Positions 20,827 through 32,235 are shown, counted from the first letter of the stretch. The stretch: DNA of 64,000 nucleotides from a virus (IMGVR_UViG_3300033153_013152:32001-96000), one strand, 5' to 3'. The notes: generated by a model from the sequence alone, not told the origin. Numbers and translations: made by a program.

Positions 20827-22891
20827 TTATTTACTTGCTCTCCTAACAACAGCTTTACCAACGGCTTCGCCTTCCATACTCACATTAATATTAATAACTT
20901 CTTCTCTTGGTGTGTCTCCAGGTAATTTAGGTATTTTCGCTCTAATATCTTCAGGATTAAGTGCAGTTTCTGCCAATTCTTCTGCTGGTAATTTTTTAGC
21001 TACTGCTTGACCACTTGCTCTAGAAATCATTTGATTTATTTTTTCATACGAATATCCTTGCATTCTCATCTTTCTTTCCAATATTTGTTTCAAATGTGAA
21101 TCATTTAATCTTTCAGCAAATTCTTTCATCTCATCAGTTTTAAATATCCCAATTCTCATTTGATTTATCATTTTTTTTGCTCTATAGGATAATACTGGAG
21201 AAAACATCGTATCCATAAAATCTTTTGCCGTAGCAACACCATCAATAAATTCACTTATTGTCTTTGTAATATCAATAAAAACATCTTTCAAATTTACAAT
21301 ATTATCTTTTGTTGGATCAATTCCTTTTGCTAAATTATCAATACCGCTAGAAAGATTCAACATTACTTTTTCAATTATATTAGCAATTTTATAAGCACCC
21401 TCCATAGCACTTTCAAATCCAAAAAATCTAGCAATTAAATTTGCAACCGATCTCAATACTTTATCCAATAGTGGTCCCCATGCTAATAAAGTTTTCTTGA
21501 TATTTGAAAGTCCCTTCTCCCAATCTTTATTTATTTTTACTTGCTTCATTCTCTCTTTTTCTTCTGTTTGTAATTTTTTTCTAACTTTTTCTGAAGCAAA
21601 TGCTAATTGCGCTTGTTGTTCGTTAATTTTCAAAGAACTAGTAATAACATTCTTTTCGAAAACACCAAGATTGTCCCAAGTTTTTCCTTGGTTTACTAAT
21701 TCTTCTCTTAGCATTTCCATTCTTTTGGTTGGATCGGTTTCCATCATCAACTCTAAAGAATTTATATTAGTACCAAAAATAGCATTAAGTTTTGCAGCAG
21801 CTTCAGAAGTTCCCTCAAATGTATCCATTCCTTTTCCAAAGGCACTATTTATTTCTTTTATGGTAAGACCATAACTTCTTGCTTTAGCTATTGATTTTGA
21901 AAAGGTCATTATATTTTGAGTACCAAATCTTGCCAAAATATCAATATTTTCACCAACATCTTTTCTTATTTGATTAACTGGAACACCATATTCACGAGTT
22001 AAATCAATAGCATTCTTCATCGCATCATCTAAATTTTTTAAATTACCTTCACTTTTCATAAAAGCCAAAGCTAAATTGCCAGCATTTTTTGCTCCCAATT
22101 GAACATATTCAGATAACATCAAAGTAGTTTTTAAATTATCTTTTGGAATATGAACTGTCATCATAGCTTCTGCCAGACCAGTGACAGCTTCTGCTCCCTC
22201 ATCAAAACTATAACCCAATATTTCAAATTGGACACCAGTACTAACAGTTTGCTTTCTTAATTGAGACATATTAGAACCCATGTTCCCAAATGTCTTATTT
22301 AAATTTGCCATTGCAGGAATAACTTTTTTGTCAAGAAATTCCCAAACTTCTTTAAATGGTGCCAAAACTAAATTTATAATTTTCTTACCAAGAGCAACCA
22401 AACCAAGACCACCCAAAAATCCTTTTATTTTACTAAATAAACTCTCTTGTTGTCCAACCTGTCTTCCCATTAATTTCATTTGTCTCTTTAATTCTTCAGT
22501 ATATTCTTCCTCCAATTCTTTTGCTTCACTTCTAACCTTTATTGCCAAATCTAATTGTTTCTTTTTATTAGTCTCCATAGCTAATTGATTTCTTAACTTC
22601 TTTTCTACTTTTACCCAATAATTTGAAATTTCATTTCTATACGTATTAAAAATTTTATCTTGATATTTTTTAAATTCTTTTTTATTTGAAAGCATCTTCT
22701 TTTCTAAATCAGAAGATGTTTTTATTTTAGATGATAAATTTTCTTCTTTTATTAAAATTTCTTCTAATTGATGATTTATATCAGAAGAATTGGCCAATCC
22801 GCCTTTTAAATGATTCTACTATTTTATCACCAGCACTACCTAAACCAGAAATAAGTCTGCCAATATCATTACCCAAATCTTTTTCGGCCAT
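20827..22891 (-). CDS. tape measure protein, 687 aa with a +1 shift at CGG 22799-22801
   Basis: helical and Ala/Gly-rich, downstream of the chaperone; ATG 22891 with upstream GGGGA gives a 30-codon leader that joins the long ORF. Confidence 0.8.
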
Positions 22892-22900
22892 TAATTATTT

Positions 22901-23212
22901 TTATCCCCACAAATCTTTAACGGTATAATTATACTTTTTGATTAATTTATTCGAATACAATTTCTTATCACATTCCTTACTAAATTTTGTATCCTCAAAT
23001 CTAACATTAGACCAACCATATTTATCTCTTTTTTGGACCCACCTTCTATATTCTCTATCTCCCCACCATTCTGAAATGTGCTCAATAATAATTTTAAAAA
23101 TATTAAAAATACAATAATAAAAAATAATATCAAAAACATTCATTTCGCTTATACTTTTCATCTCTTCCTCACTTTCTATAATTACTATGTCACAGAAAAA
23201 GATAAATGTCAA
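22901..23212 (-). CDS. hypothetical membrane-associated protein
   Basis: ORF between chaperone and tape measure; start uncertain. Confidence 0.5.
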   Translation of the reverse strand: MTFIFFCDIVIIESEEEMKSISEMNVFDIIFYYCIFNIFKIIIEHISEWWGDREYRRWVQKRDKYGWSNVRFEDTKFSKECDKKLYSNKLIKKYNYTVKDLWG

Positions 23213-23218
23213 ATATAT

Positions 23219-23470
23219 CTATTTTTTGATTGGTTGCATAAAATTAAAAGGCTTGCTTATTCTACCATCAGTTTGACCCAAATCTTGATTTATTTTTAAT
23301 TTTTCTTGAACATTTAATGGTCTATTTGTTGGGGCTTGTTTGGTTCTGGCTTTTTCTTGTTCTTCAATTCTCTTATTGTAGGTCCTAATCAACCACTTTC
23401 TAATTGGAATTGGAAGTTTATACGCATCCCAATATGATGTACCAGGATACGCATACATAATAGATTCCAA
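23219..23470 (-). CDS. tail assembly chaperone downstream (T-like) ORF
   Basis: DAYKLPIPIRKWLI motif; frame stays open across the end of the upstream chaperone. Confidence 0.7.
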   Translation of the reverse strand: MESIMYAYPGTSYWDAYKLPIPIRKWLIRTYNKRIEEQEKARTKQAPTNRPLNVQEKLKINQDLGQTDGRISKPFNFMQPIKK

Positions 23471-23489
23471 TTCTACAAGAAATAATTCT

Positions 23490-24323
23490 TTACTTGATGT
23501 CGGGGTAAAGAAAAGAAATCCCTAATGGGATATCAACCTCCGTTTGTTCACCACAATATTGACATTCAACAAATTGTTTCATATTAACACCAGGTTCAAT
23601 ACTACTAATATAATTCCTCAAAGCTCTAGCATCACCAGCAACCATATTGTTAACCATTCTTGCCAATTTATTTCTATCTTTTTCTCCACCAATTGACATA
23701 ACAGAACGGAACAGTCTTGAGGTAACTCCAGATTCTATTTGAGTTTTTGTTATTTTCTTTTTTCTTGATTGTTCTTGGGAAATATCATATTCATCCTTTC
23801 CGGTAAGCAACTTAAATAAAACTTCAACACCAGAAATTGGCAACGTATAAGAAAAGAGATTCATTCCATCTTGAACTGGAGTTGCTCCCAAATCCTTAAT
23901 TTCTAATCTGCCTAAATTAAAAGAGTTTTCAAATTTCTCTTGACACTCAGGACATTCGATTTCAACATCATAACTGGTACCATATCCAGAAACTCTTACT
24001 GCAATCAAAATTGCATTTCTATCACCAATCAATAATTGATCTGGATCAATAAGCTTATTAATCAAACAACTTTGAAGCAATTTTGTAATTACTGTTCCAT
24101 TTTTAATAAGGGCAGTTGACGTAAGAATATCTTCTTCTTTCGCACTCATACATTTAATATCAACTGTTTCGGTCATATACATTGGATGATCTGGAGAATA
24201 AATCAATCCTTTACTTGGTAGCTTAATTGTATCTACAGGAACATCCATTCCTATCTCATTTGATAAACTTTCTAGCTTTTTTTGTTGTTCTTGTTGCTGA
24301 AAAACATTCTTTTCTTTGTCCAT
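23490..24323 (-). CDS. tail/baseplate assembly chaperone (gp26-like)
   Basis: LPSKG..Y, MSAKEEDIL, GDRNAIL..R..GYG, CPEC and CQYC zinc pairs. Confidence 0.8.
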   Translation of the reverse strand: MDKEKNVFQQQEQQKKLESLSNEIGMDVPVDTIKLPSKGLIYSPDHPMYMTETVDIKCMSAKEEDILTSTALIKNGTVITKLLQSCLINKLIDPDQLLIGDRNAILIAVRVSGYGTSYDVEIECPECQEKFENSFNLGRLEIKDLGATPVQDGMNLFSYTLPISGVEVLFKLLTGKDEYDISQEQSRKKKITKTQIESGVTSRLFRSVMSIGGEKDRNKLARMVNNMVAGDARALRNYISSIEPGVNMKQFVECQYCGEQTEVDIPLGISFLYPDIK

Positions 24324-24496
24324 AAAATCACCTCTTACATGCTGTATACTATTAATATATATGTCCCATATTTGCTTTTAAATGTGTTTTTTTATAAAAT
24401 ATGGATTAGACCCCAAATAAATCTATAAATCTCTTAGAATCGAATTGTGAGCTTTTTAGGGGTATTGTAATATTAGATTGGAATGACAAATTGCAC

Positions 24497-24730
24497 CTAT
24501 TTTTTTTTCTTGGTCTTCTTCTTGGGCTTACCATAATGTTTGTTCAATTGAACCATAAGTAATTTCAAATCAGATCTATCTGGAACAATTTCACTTATAA
24601 CATCCATAATAAATTCCAATCTATCACCCCTTGGTTTATTGGATAAATATGAACGAAAACCTTTTACAAAAAGTTTCTTAATTCTATCTAATTCATATGA
24701 ATAAGCTTCTACAATACGGAATTTCTTCAT
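24497..24730 (-). CDS. small basic hypothetical protein
   Basis: ATG 24730 (MKKFRIVEA) overlaps the upstream stop as TAATG. Confidence 0.55.
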   Translation of the reverse strand: MKKFRIVEAYSYELDRIKKLFVKGFRSYLSNKPRGDRLEFIMDVISEIVPDRSDLKLLMVQLNKHYGKPKKKTKKKK

Positions 24731-26247
24731 TATAATAAATATTCCCAAATATCATTACCAGCATTGAAAATTTTATATATTTTATTTTCTTTGGCTATTT
24801 CTTTCTGTGTTTTACCGTTTTGAGCACGAAATTGAAATCTTCCAAATCTATTTTCAAAATCAGTATAATCATATCCAATTCTAGTATGGCCCAAATATTG
24901 AAAACCAAAATTAGAATATACTTTACCATTTGAATATCTACAATCAGAATATGAAATTATTTTTTTATATCCTTCGTTTTTGGCCCACTCAATAACTTGT
25001 TTCATCAACTTAGAAAAACCACCCCTGACAATATAATTTGATTTAGAACATATTCTGGCTATTTCTATTGAATCTTGTTTGTATTTTTTAATAAATGGTT
25101 TTCGCAATGTAACAGAAAATAATATATTACCAACTTTATCCCTTAAAACAAATTTCTTTTTACATTTACAATATCCTTGCAAATGATTATCATCTATAAA
25201 TTTCTTTATTTCTTTTAATTTTGGATTATTATCAACAATTAAATCTCTTGCATTAATTTTATTTTCGATTAAATTTAAATTAGACTTTATAATACTTTGG
25301 CATATACTTTGCTTATCTCTCCACTCATCTTCAAATATTTGAATCAATTTTATATTGTTTTGTTTGCACAATTTATATTTATCAAAATGATAATTATTGG
25401 GCTTTTTTAATTCAGAATGCCAATACAATCCATTATATTCTATGGCGATATTTTTATCAGGTATGTATATATCTAACTCATATGGAGGTATAATAGATTT
25501 GATGTTTTCTTCAATCTTTAAATTTAAAATGGATTTTATGAATTTTACAAGATCCTTTTCCTGAAAACTAATGCCATTAGTTTTACAAGTTGGACATTGA
25601 ACTCCTATATTTTTTTGTACATATACCATTTTAGATTCAAATATTACATCATGTTTATTACATTTAAATTTTAATTTTGTTCTATTTCCTCGATATTCTT
25701 CTTCGGAAAACAATGGAGTATAATTCTTCTTGTTACAATATTCTATTATTTTATTCCATTCCAATAAATTCCTTTTATTATTTTGGGCATATTCCGATTG
25801 ATTAAAATGATTTGTTCCATATCTTTCTAGACAAGTTTTTCTTGTTTTTTCGACAAATAAAGAAGATTTGGAAAAATGATCTACACCATACTTTTTCAAA
25901 TTTGTTTTAATTGCTTTTTCTTTTACATTTTCATTTTGAAGACTACAAGATGTTCCATATTTTTCTAGACAAGTTTTTTTTCTATTTTTTTCGATTTTTC
26001 TTTTTACTTCATCGTTCTTATGACCCCTTACAAATTTGGCAAAATCAAAACCATTTCCACTTGTAAATTTAGTATATTGACCGCAACCACACAAACATGT
26101 TGGTCTTTTTCCATTATATTTATATTTTACAACATATTGTTCCGCACTTATATCTTTGTGGGAATTAGATAAGTGCTTACTTAAACCAAGATTGCCTTTC
26201 AGTTCTTTTTTACATATAAAACATTTCATGGTATAATTATACCACAA
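24730..26247 (-). mobile_element. free-standing homing endonuclease-like gene (Hef-like: zinc finger, KYG repeats, PD-(D/E)xK domain)
   Basis: C2H2 finger, T.L.KYG repeats, ELDIYIPDKNIAIEYNGLYWHS; likely ATG 26229. Confidence 0.8.
26230..26247 (-). promoter_or_regulatory. extended -10-like TGTGGTATAAT overlapping a perfect 14-bp palindrome
   Basis: GGTATAATTATACC (26230-26243) abuts the probable ATG of the endonuclease gene. Confidence 0.45.
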
Positions 26248-26347
26248 AAAAGAAAGAGGTTAATATTTTTAGATTGAAATGGTTTTTAGAATTACTAATA
26301 TTGAAATGATTCTTGGAATTGCTAATATTGTAACTAGTTAAAATTAC

Positions 26348-26836
26348 TTAATAATTTAGAACAGCATAATCAAAACGAAGTACAAGAGCAATTTCTGCCG
26401 GATCTGAAACTGAGTAGTCAAGGTCTCCATAATTTACGTCTTGTATCCATGTCCCATAAATACTCCAGTCTTCAACAATACCACCCACTGGATCTGCCAT
26501 CTTCAGGTTGATTTGCTTTTTATAAAACTGTGCATAACCAGCTCTACCGCTAACTACCTCATAACAAAGACGAATCCACTCTTGTACTTTTTGAGATGCA
26601 GAAGGAGAAATAGGATCATAAAGAGTAATATTCAACGGAGAAGGAGTCATTTTTCCCGCCAAATATCTTTTTTGGTTCATATAGTCAACAATAGTCTCAT
26701 CGAAAACCATTTGAGGTCTATTAGCAGTTTTAGCAGTAAAAGCATCAATTCCATCAATAGCTAAAATCCACCTAAATTTTCTCTTTGGTTCAAATGTGTC
26801 AGCCAACATTTGATTAGTTTCAAGAATTTCTGCCAT
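26348..26836 (-). CDS. tail tube protein (gp19-like)
   Basis: EPKRKFRW, ITLYDPISPSASQ..EWIR, EDW..G.W...YGDLDY; downstream of sheath. Confidence 0.9.
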   Translation of the reverse strand: MAEILETNQMLADTFEPKRKFRWILAIDGIDAFTAKTANRPQMVFDETIVDYMNQKRYLAGKMTPSPLNITLYDPISPSASQKVQEWIRLCYEVVSGRAGYAQFYKKQINLKMADPVGGIVEDWSIYGTWIQDVNYGDLDYSVSDPAEIALVLRFDYAVLNY

Positions 26837-26887
26837 CTAATTTTATGTCTCCATACAAAAAATACTTTACTATAATTAGATTTATAC

Positions 26888-27641
26888 CTATAAAATGCCC
26901 AACTCTTTTAATTTTTTCTCATTCCACAATTCAGAATTAGGGTAATTTTTGTGAAACCAATCCCATTTTTTTTCAGCATCATCCCAAAAATAACCTTTGA
27001 TTTCAATCCACAAATCTAAATCTGGCAAATAACAATCTGGATTATAAATTCTACCATCATCCATCACAAAAGATTGTGCGTGCCAATTATAATCTATTTT
27101 GTTTTTATTGAAATATTCTACCACTTTTTTCTCATATGAACCTACGCAAACAATATCTTCATTTGAAAACCAATGTTTTAAAGTATAAGATTTATTAGAT
27201 GATTTAGCTTGTTTTAAATTTATTTCTCTAACTTTATTATGACTATCAACACCGATATTTTTTCAAACAGGTTTGTTTTGTTTTTTCTTTTACCGACTCT
27301 AATTGAATTGGATATTTTGTTCCGTATCTTTTCAAATTGGTATTGTACATTTTTTTTAATATTTTTTTATTTTTTGCCGGACAAATTGCACCATATCTTT
27401 TTAAATTGGTTTGCCTTCTATTTTTTGATTTTCTTTTTGTGTGATTAGCCTTTCCTCGAATTACATTATCTGGTATTGCATAAAATTCACCATATTCTTT
27501 ATCTATAAACCTGCATTTAGTTTTTATATTCACATAAGTAAAATCATCCAAAAATATTAAATTATAGCAATTTTTAGCTAATCTAATTTTAATTTGATCT
27601 ATATCTAATTTTGGTGGCATAAATAAATATATTTGGGGCAA
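26888..27641 (-). mobile_element. homing endonuclease-like gene with a +1 shift at CGG 27252-27254
   Basis: TNLKRYG repeats, then YNPDCYLP..EIKGYF nuclease; joined only by skipping one base; likely ATG 27620. Confidence 0.75.
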
Positions 27642-27687
27642 GTTTTTTCTTACCCCACAATATTATACTATATTGTTTTTATAAAAT

Positions 27688-30165
27688 CTAGTCCTCAAAT
27701 GAAGCACCTGAACGAGTAATGATGAAATCTAGTTGAATAAATTCTGCAGTTCTCGTTGGTTTCAAAAACAACTTAGCAGCCATAATATTACGATCAATAA
27801 TATCAGGAGTATTAGTTGTTTCATCCATAACAATTCTAAATGCTTCAAGACCATTTTTGCGTTGAATCTCTGAAAGAATTGGATTGACCAATTGCTTAAA
27901 TCTAGTCCAAGTACTTGCATTATTTTGCTCAAAAACAAGAAACTTAGTTGCTGAAGAAATAAGTTTTTTGGCTCTAATCAAAAGCCTTCTAATATTAATT
28001 CTATCAAGAGCCGAAGCTTTATTTTGTAGGGTCTTTTGGCCCCAAATTGCAACACCTTCACCCGGAAATGATGCAATTGGATTTACTCTATTTTCATAAA
28101 GATCATCTCTTTCATCGGCAGTCAATCTATCAATTGCTTCAGTTGTTTGGAAACCAATTGAATCTTGACTTAAACCACCCCTATTGAGACCAGCAGGAGC
28201 AAACCAAGCTTCAGCAATCCTATCGTTATATGCTATTGCACCAAGAGCGGCAATAGATGCTGGCAACTCAATAACTTTATTATTTACATCATCTACAACT
28301 TTAATTCCAGGATAATATAAAGCAGCATAATTTGAATCATATCCTCTATTTTTAGCTTCAGTAACTGCAGTAGATACTGTCGTTGCAGAAGAAGTATGAT
28401 TTATAAATTCAGCAACATAAAACGCATCTGCTCTTTTTTCAATTTCATCAATAGTATAATCAACAACTTTTGTTGCATAAATACCAGGAATTGCAACCAA
28501 ATTTATATCAATAAAATCAGGATCAGAAATAATATCAACTGCTTGTCTCAAAGCCTGAACACCAATCTGAGAAACAGATGCTAATTGCGTAACATTATCT
28601 AGTGGATCTGCAAGAGTTGGATCCCAACCATCATCACCAAAAGCAACTGGCATAGTAAATTGAGCGTATTTTGGTTCAATTGTTGTATGTCCGCTAGAAT
28701 TACCAGGAGCCTTTTGTGAAGCAACAGGATTAGAAACATTATAAACAAATCCAGTACCAGTGGTTCCAAGTCCTGCAGCAGGAGTACCAGTACCAGTAGA
28801 ACCAGAAATAAACCTTAAAGTAAAATTATCATCAGAACCAGTCATAGTTCCAAATCTAGTAAATCTACCCTTTACACAACCAGAAAGTTCAAATTCTACT
28901 CCCCAATGAATATATGATTTAACATCAGATTGAGTTTCTTTATCATACAAATCTCCAACATATGGAAGAGTTGAAGACATAACCAACATATCTGTACCAT
29001 CATCAGATGCAGATGGGGCCATCATATCTGATTTTACCAAACCTTCAAAACCCCACGGAAGAGCAGCTTCTGGAATTGAACCAGTTGTCATCTCTACCCA
29101 AAAATATTTTGAAACATTTGAATAATTTCCATAAGAAACCATCTTTTCTTTTGTTTGATTCCATTTCCAATGCCTATCACCAACTCTTCTGAGAATGTAA
29201 TTATTACTAGTTGGATCCAATGAAAGACCCGGAAACCTCTCCAAAACAACAGGAGATTTATCTGTATCAGAAAAACTTCTTACTTCCAAATCAAAACTTC
29301 CATGTTCATCTATAGAAGGAATTGGAGAAACACTAACGTTTTTAATTGATATTTTAAATCTACCATTCTCTGCTACACCATGACCTAACGTGTGCATTCT
29401 AAACAATTCATACTCTTGATCACCAAAAATTTGAGAAATAACCCAAGGAGAAGAACCACTATTATAACCATCAGTAAAAGCAGTTAAATTAATACTTCCA
29501 GAACGCCAATCAATAGCATGACCATTGCCACCTAAATGATGATAATTATAATCAAAAATTTCTCTCAAATAATGACCTTTTTCTCTAATTTGTGTAGGAT
29601 CTGTATTTAAAATTTTGCCAATATAATTATCACTAGAAGTAAGCATAGAACCAGTTGCACTAACATAACTTGTTGTATCATCCGAAGAAGAAATTAATAC
29701 CATAAATAAACTATTATCATGAGCAAGTTTATCAATTTTCACATCAACTGTTCCAGAAGTTTCAATTATTGCATGTAAATACATTCTATCATCAGCTTCA
29801 TCAGCACTAAGAGTGCCAGTAAAACTAGAAATTGCCCACAAACCATCTGCAGTATAACCAGGAGTTACAGCAGTACCATTGGCTGTACGACCAGAAGGTC
29901 CTAAAACTCTGACAATATTTGCAACACCAGCATTTTTCAAGTATGATCTTGCTGCATATCCCATGTAATAATCTTCATCAAGATCACCAAAATATTCAGC
30001 ATATTCATTAAAATTCTTTACTGCAACAGGAACAAAAGCTGGACCATGTTGTGCAGTACCAATAATTGCAGCACCAATTTGACCAACACCTGGCCCCAAA
30101 TAAGATTCATCTATTTCACTTGTAAACACGCCAGGACTAATAAATGTTTTAACTTTCTTTGCCAT
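27688..30165 (-). CDS. tail sheath protein (gp18-like)
   Basis: FISPGVFTSEID, YPGIK, AWFAPAGLNRG, WGQKTLQ, ALDRINIRRL, KPTRTAEFI. Confidence 0.95.
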   Translation of the reverse strand: MAKKVKTFISPGVFTSEIDESYLGPGVGQIGAAIIGTAQHGPAFVPVAVKNFNEYAEYFGDLDEDYYMGYAARSYLKNAGVANIVRVLGPSGRTANGTAVTPGYTADGLWAISSFTGTLSADEADDRMYLHAIIETSGTVDVKIDKLAHDNSLFMVLISSSDDTTSYVSATGSMLTSSDNYIGKILNTDPTQIREKGHYLREIFDYNYHHLGGNGHAIDWRSGSINLTAFTDGYNSGSSPWVISQIFGDQEYELFRMHTLGHGVAENGRFKISIKNVSVSPIPSIDEHGSFDLEVRSFSDTDKSPVVLERFPGLSLDPTSNNYILRRVGDRHWKWNQTKEKMVSYGNYSNVSKYFWVEMTTGSIPEAALPWGFEGLVKSDMMAPSASDDGTDMLVMSSTLPYVGDLYDKETQSDVKSYIHWGVEFELSGCVKGRFTRFGTMTGSDDNFTLRFISGSTGTGTPAAGLGTTGTGFVYNVSNPVASQKAPGNSSGHTTIEPKYAQFTMPVAFGDDGWDPTLADPLDNVTQLASVSQIGVQALRQAVDIISDPDFIDINLVAIPGIYATKVVDYTIDEIEKRADAFYVAEFINHTSSATTVSTAVTEAKNRGYDSNYAALYYPGIKVVDDVNNKVIELPASIAALGAIAYNDRIAEAWFAPAGLNRGGLSQDSIGFQTTEAIDRLTADERDDLYENRVNPIASFPGEGVAIWGQKTLQNKASALDRINIRRLLIRAKKLISSATKFLVFEQNNASTWTRFKQLVNPILSEIQRKNGLEAFRIVMDETTNTPDIIDRNIMAAKLFLKPTRTAEFIQLDFIITRSGASFED

Positions 30166-30209
30166 AAAACATAGTTCTCCTCATTATGATGAGAGTATAA
30201 AACTTATAG

Positions 30210-30217
30210 ATAATTAG
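30210..30217 (-). promoter_or_regulatory. candidate late promoter CTAATTAT upstream of sheath
   Basis: same octamer upstream of tube (26872-26879), scaffold (44653-44660) and the 45676 gene (45702-45709). Confidence 0.5.
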
Positions 30218-30258
30218 ATTTTTATTTTATAAAAAGAAAGATAAATAGAAATTAAAAA

Positions 30259-31113
30259 TTATTTATCACCAAATAATTTATCAAATTCTTCCGATGAAAT
30301 AACTTTTTCTTTTAAACTAATTATTGGTCTATTTTGATATTTATAGGCAACACTCTTTCCTTCTTCGTCACGACCATAAGAAAGAGAATCAGTTTTTGGA
30401 TCAAGCAACAAATAAAACGGAACTTTTATGTTATAAACATATTTTATTATTCTTTCTGTATCACTAAATTCTTCAAAATTAGATTGAGAAGGAAGTGAAG
30501 ATCCTTCGCGAAATCCAACAAAATAATAAGAATTTCCCTTTGGTTCATCACCATCATATTCTAAAGGCATAACAAAAGAATCATTCCAATTATAGGTATA
30601 AAATATTTTTTCCAATATTTTATTCATATGTTGTTGATATTGTGACCAAATTGTTATTGTATATAATGCACTTCCAAAATCAGGAAATGGAACAGTAACA
30701 TATTCATATATAACTTTATCTGACCTTAATGGTTCAGGAAACCCATTTGTTCTTCTATCTTCATATAAATTTTGTAAATTAGAAGTTTTTTTGTGTATAT
30801 TTTTTCTAATAACTATTTCTCTAGTTTCTTGAGCCATTCCACCAAAACCAGGAATGCGATCAATATCTGTTCTTAAAATACTTATAAGAGGAAGAATTAA
30901 AGTATTATTTTCATCTCTAAAATTCTTTTTTCTTATTGTTGCCCACCTTTCACCAGTAGCAAACATTACTTCTACCTTTTTTTCTCCACTAGGATTTTGA
31001 ACAGACAACTTTAAAGATTTATTAAAATAATCAAAAACCGCCTTATCAACTGAACGAAGAGTGACCTCTTTATATTCAGCTTTACCCTTTTTATCTAAAT
31101 ATCTATTATTCAT
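30259..31113 (-). CDS. tail terminator/sheath stabiliser (gp15-like)
   Basis: V.FATGERW, LILPLISI.R, VPFPD, upstream of sheath. Confidence 0.75.
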   Translation of the reverse strand: MNNRYLDKKGKAEYKEVTLRSVDKAVFDYFNKSLKLSVQNPSGEKKVEVMFATGERWATIRKKNFRDENNTLILPLISILRTDIDRIPGFGGMAQETREIVIRKNIHKKTSNLQNLYEDRRTNGFPEPLRSDKVIYEYVTVPFPDFGSALYTITIWSQYQQHMNKILEKIFYTYNWNDSFVMPLEYDGDEPKGNSYYFVGFREGSSLPSQSNFEEFSDTERIIKYVYNIKVPFYLLLDPKTDSLSYGRDEEGKSVAYKYQNRPIISLKEKVISSEEFDKLFGDK

Positions 31114-31774
31114 TTAAAAATTTCTTTATATCATTTATTCCTGTTAAAATAATTATATTAGAATGGGGAAAAGTACCAGCAACTAAAACACCTATAACTT
31201 TTCCATTATATAAAACTGGACTTCCACTATTACCAGGATACGCTTCTCCAGAAATTATAATACTTCCATTAAAATATCTACCACCCAAAGAAACAATTTT
31301 TCCTTCTTCTACAACTGGATATATTCCAATAGGAGAACCAGAAATTATTACAGAATTGCCTATTTTTAAATTGTCATAAGAATCTATAAATTTTAGCGGC
31401 TTTAAACCATGTCTTTCCTTTTTCAATATACACAAATCTGATTTTTCATCAATCTTAACCATCTTAATACCGCGCATTGCAACCAATTCATCATTATTAT
31501 TTAAGAAAATCATTCCAACTTCTTGATTCATAAAACCTTTTATATAACCATCTTCAACACCAATACAAAAATGACCAGCAGTCATAATTGTTTCTTTATC
31601 AATAGCAAAACCAGTAGCAGAATACATTACTCTTCCCGTAACACTTTCCGAAAATAACTTAACAACCGATTCAAAATAATTATCATTTTGTACTTGATGC
31701 GTTTTTGTTCCCGTAGAAATAAAACAACAAGATGTAAAAATTAAACATAATAGAGCTATTAAAAACTTTTTCAT
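31106..31774 (-). CDS. trypsin-like serine protease with lipoprotein-type signal
   Basis: TAGHFC, SDLCIL, GNSGSPV catalytic triad; FTSCC lipobox-like. Confidence 0.88.
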   Translation of the reverse strand: MKKFLIALLCLIFTSCCFISTGTKTHQVQNDNYFESVVKLFSESVTGRVMYSATGFAIDKETIMTAGHFCIGVEDGYIKGFMNQEVGMIFLNNNDELVAMRGIKMVKIDEKSDLCILKKERHGLKPLKFIDSYDNLKIGNSVIISGSPIGIYPVVEEGKIVSLGGRYFNGSIIISGEAYPGNSGSPVLYNGKVIGVLVAGTFPHSNIIILTGINDIKKFLNE

Positions 31775-31778
31775 ATTA

Positions 31779-32235
31779 CTATTCTTCCTTAATTGTAAAA
31801 TTTGATTCTCTACTAACTACACACTCTAATTTGTACATTACTTTCTCATTTATTTGTCCAAAAGTAATTTGTGGCTCAGTTACCTTTTTAATTTCATAAA
31901 TAATATCACCAAATTTAACAAAATCTCCTTCCCTCACTCTAACATTTCTTTCATCTGCTTCATGCACATGTATATAAACTTCAATTGAATAGACCATATC
32001 CATACCAAAATTATTAGAAAATTCTTCTGGAGGATTATATAAAACATATGCATTAATTAATATGGGACTATAAACTACTTTTGTAACAGCTTCATTGTAC
32101 AATTCATCAACATTGGTATGATCATAAGAAACACTATAATATATTATTTCTTGACCTACAATTTTTTGTATTAATTCTTTTGAAATATGTTTAAAAAAAT
32201 CTATTTCTTTTCCGAGTTATAAATAATTCCGCCAT
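31779..32235 (-). CDS. head completion/neck protein (gp14-like), 151 aa with a +1 shift at CGG 32212-32214
   Basis: MAELFIT + GKEIDFF...IVGQEIIYY..NVDELYNEA..EGDFV. Confidence 0.75.

Noticed and set aside
24324-24496. tRNA or structured ncRNA in the 173-nt intergenic gap
   Set aside because: No cloverleaf, T-loop or convincing stems by eye; a covariance search could still be run.
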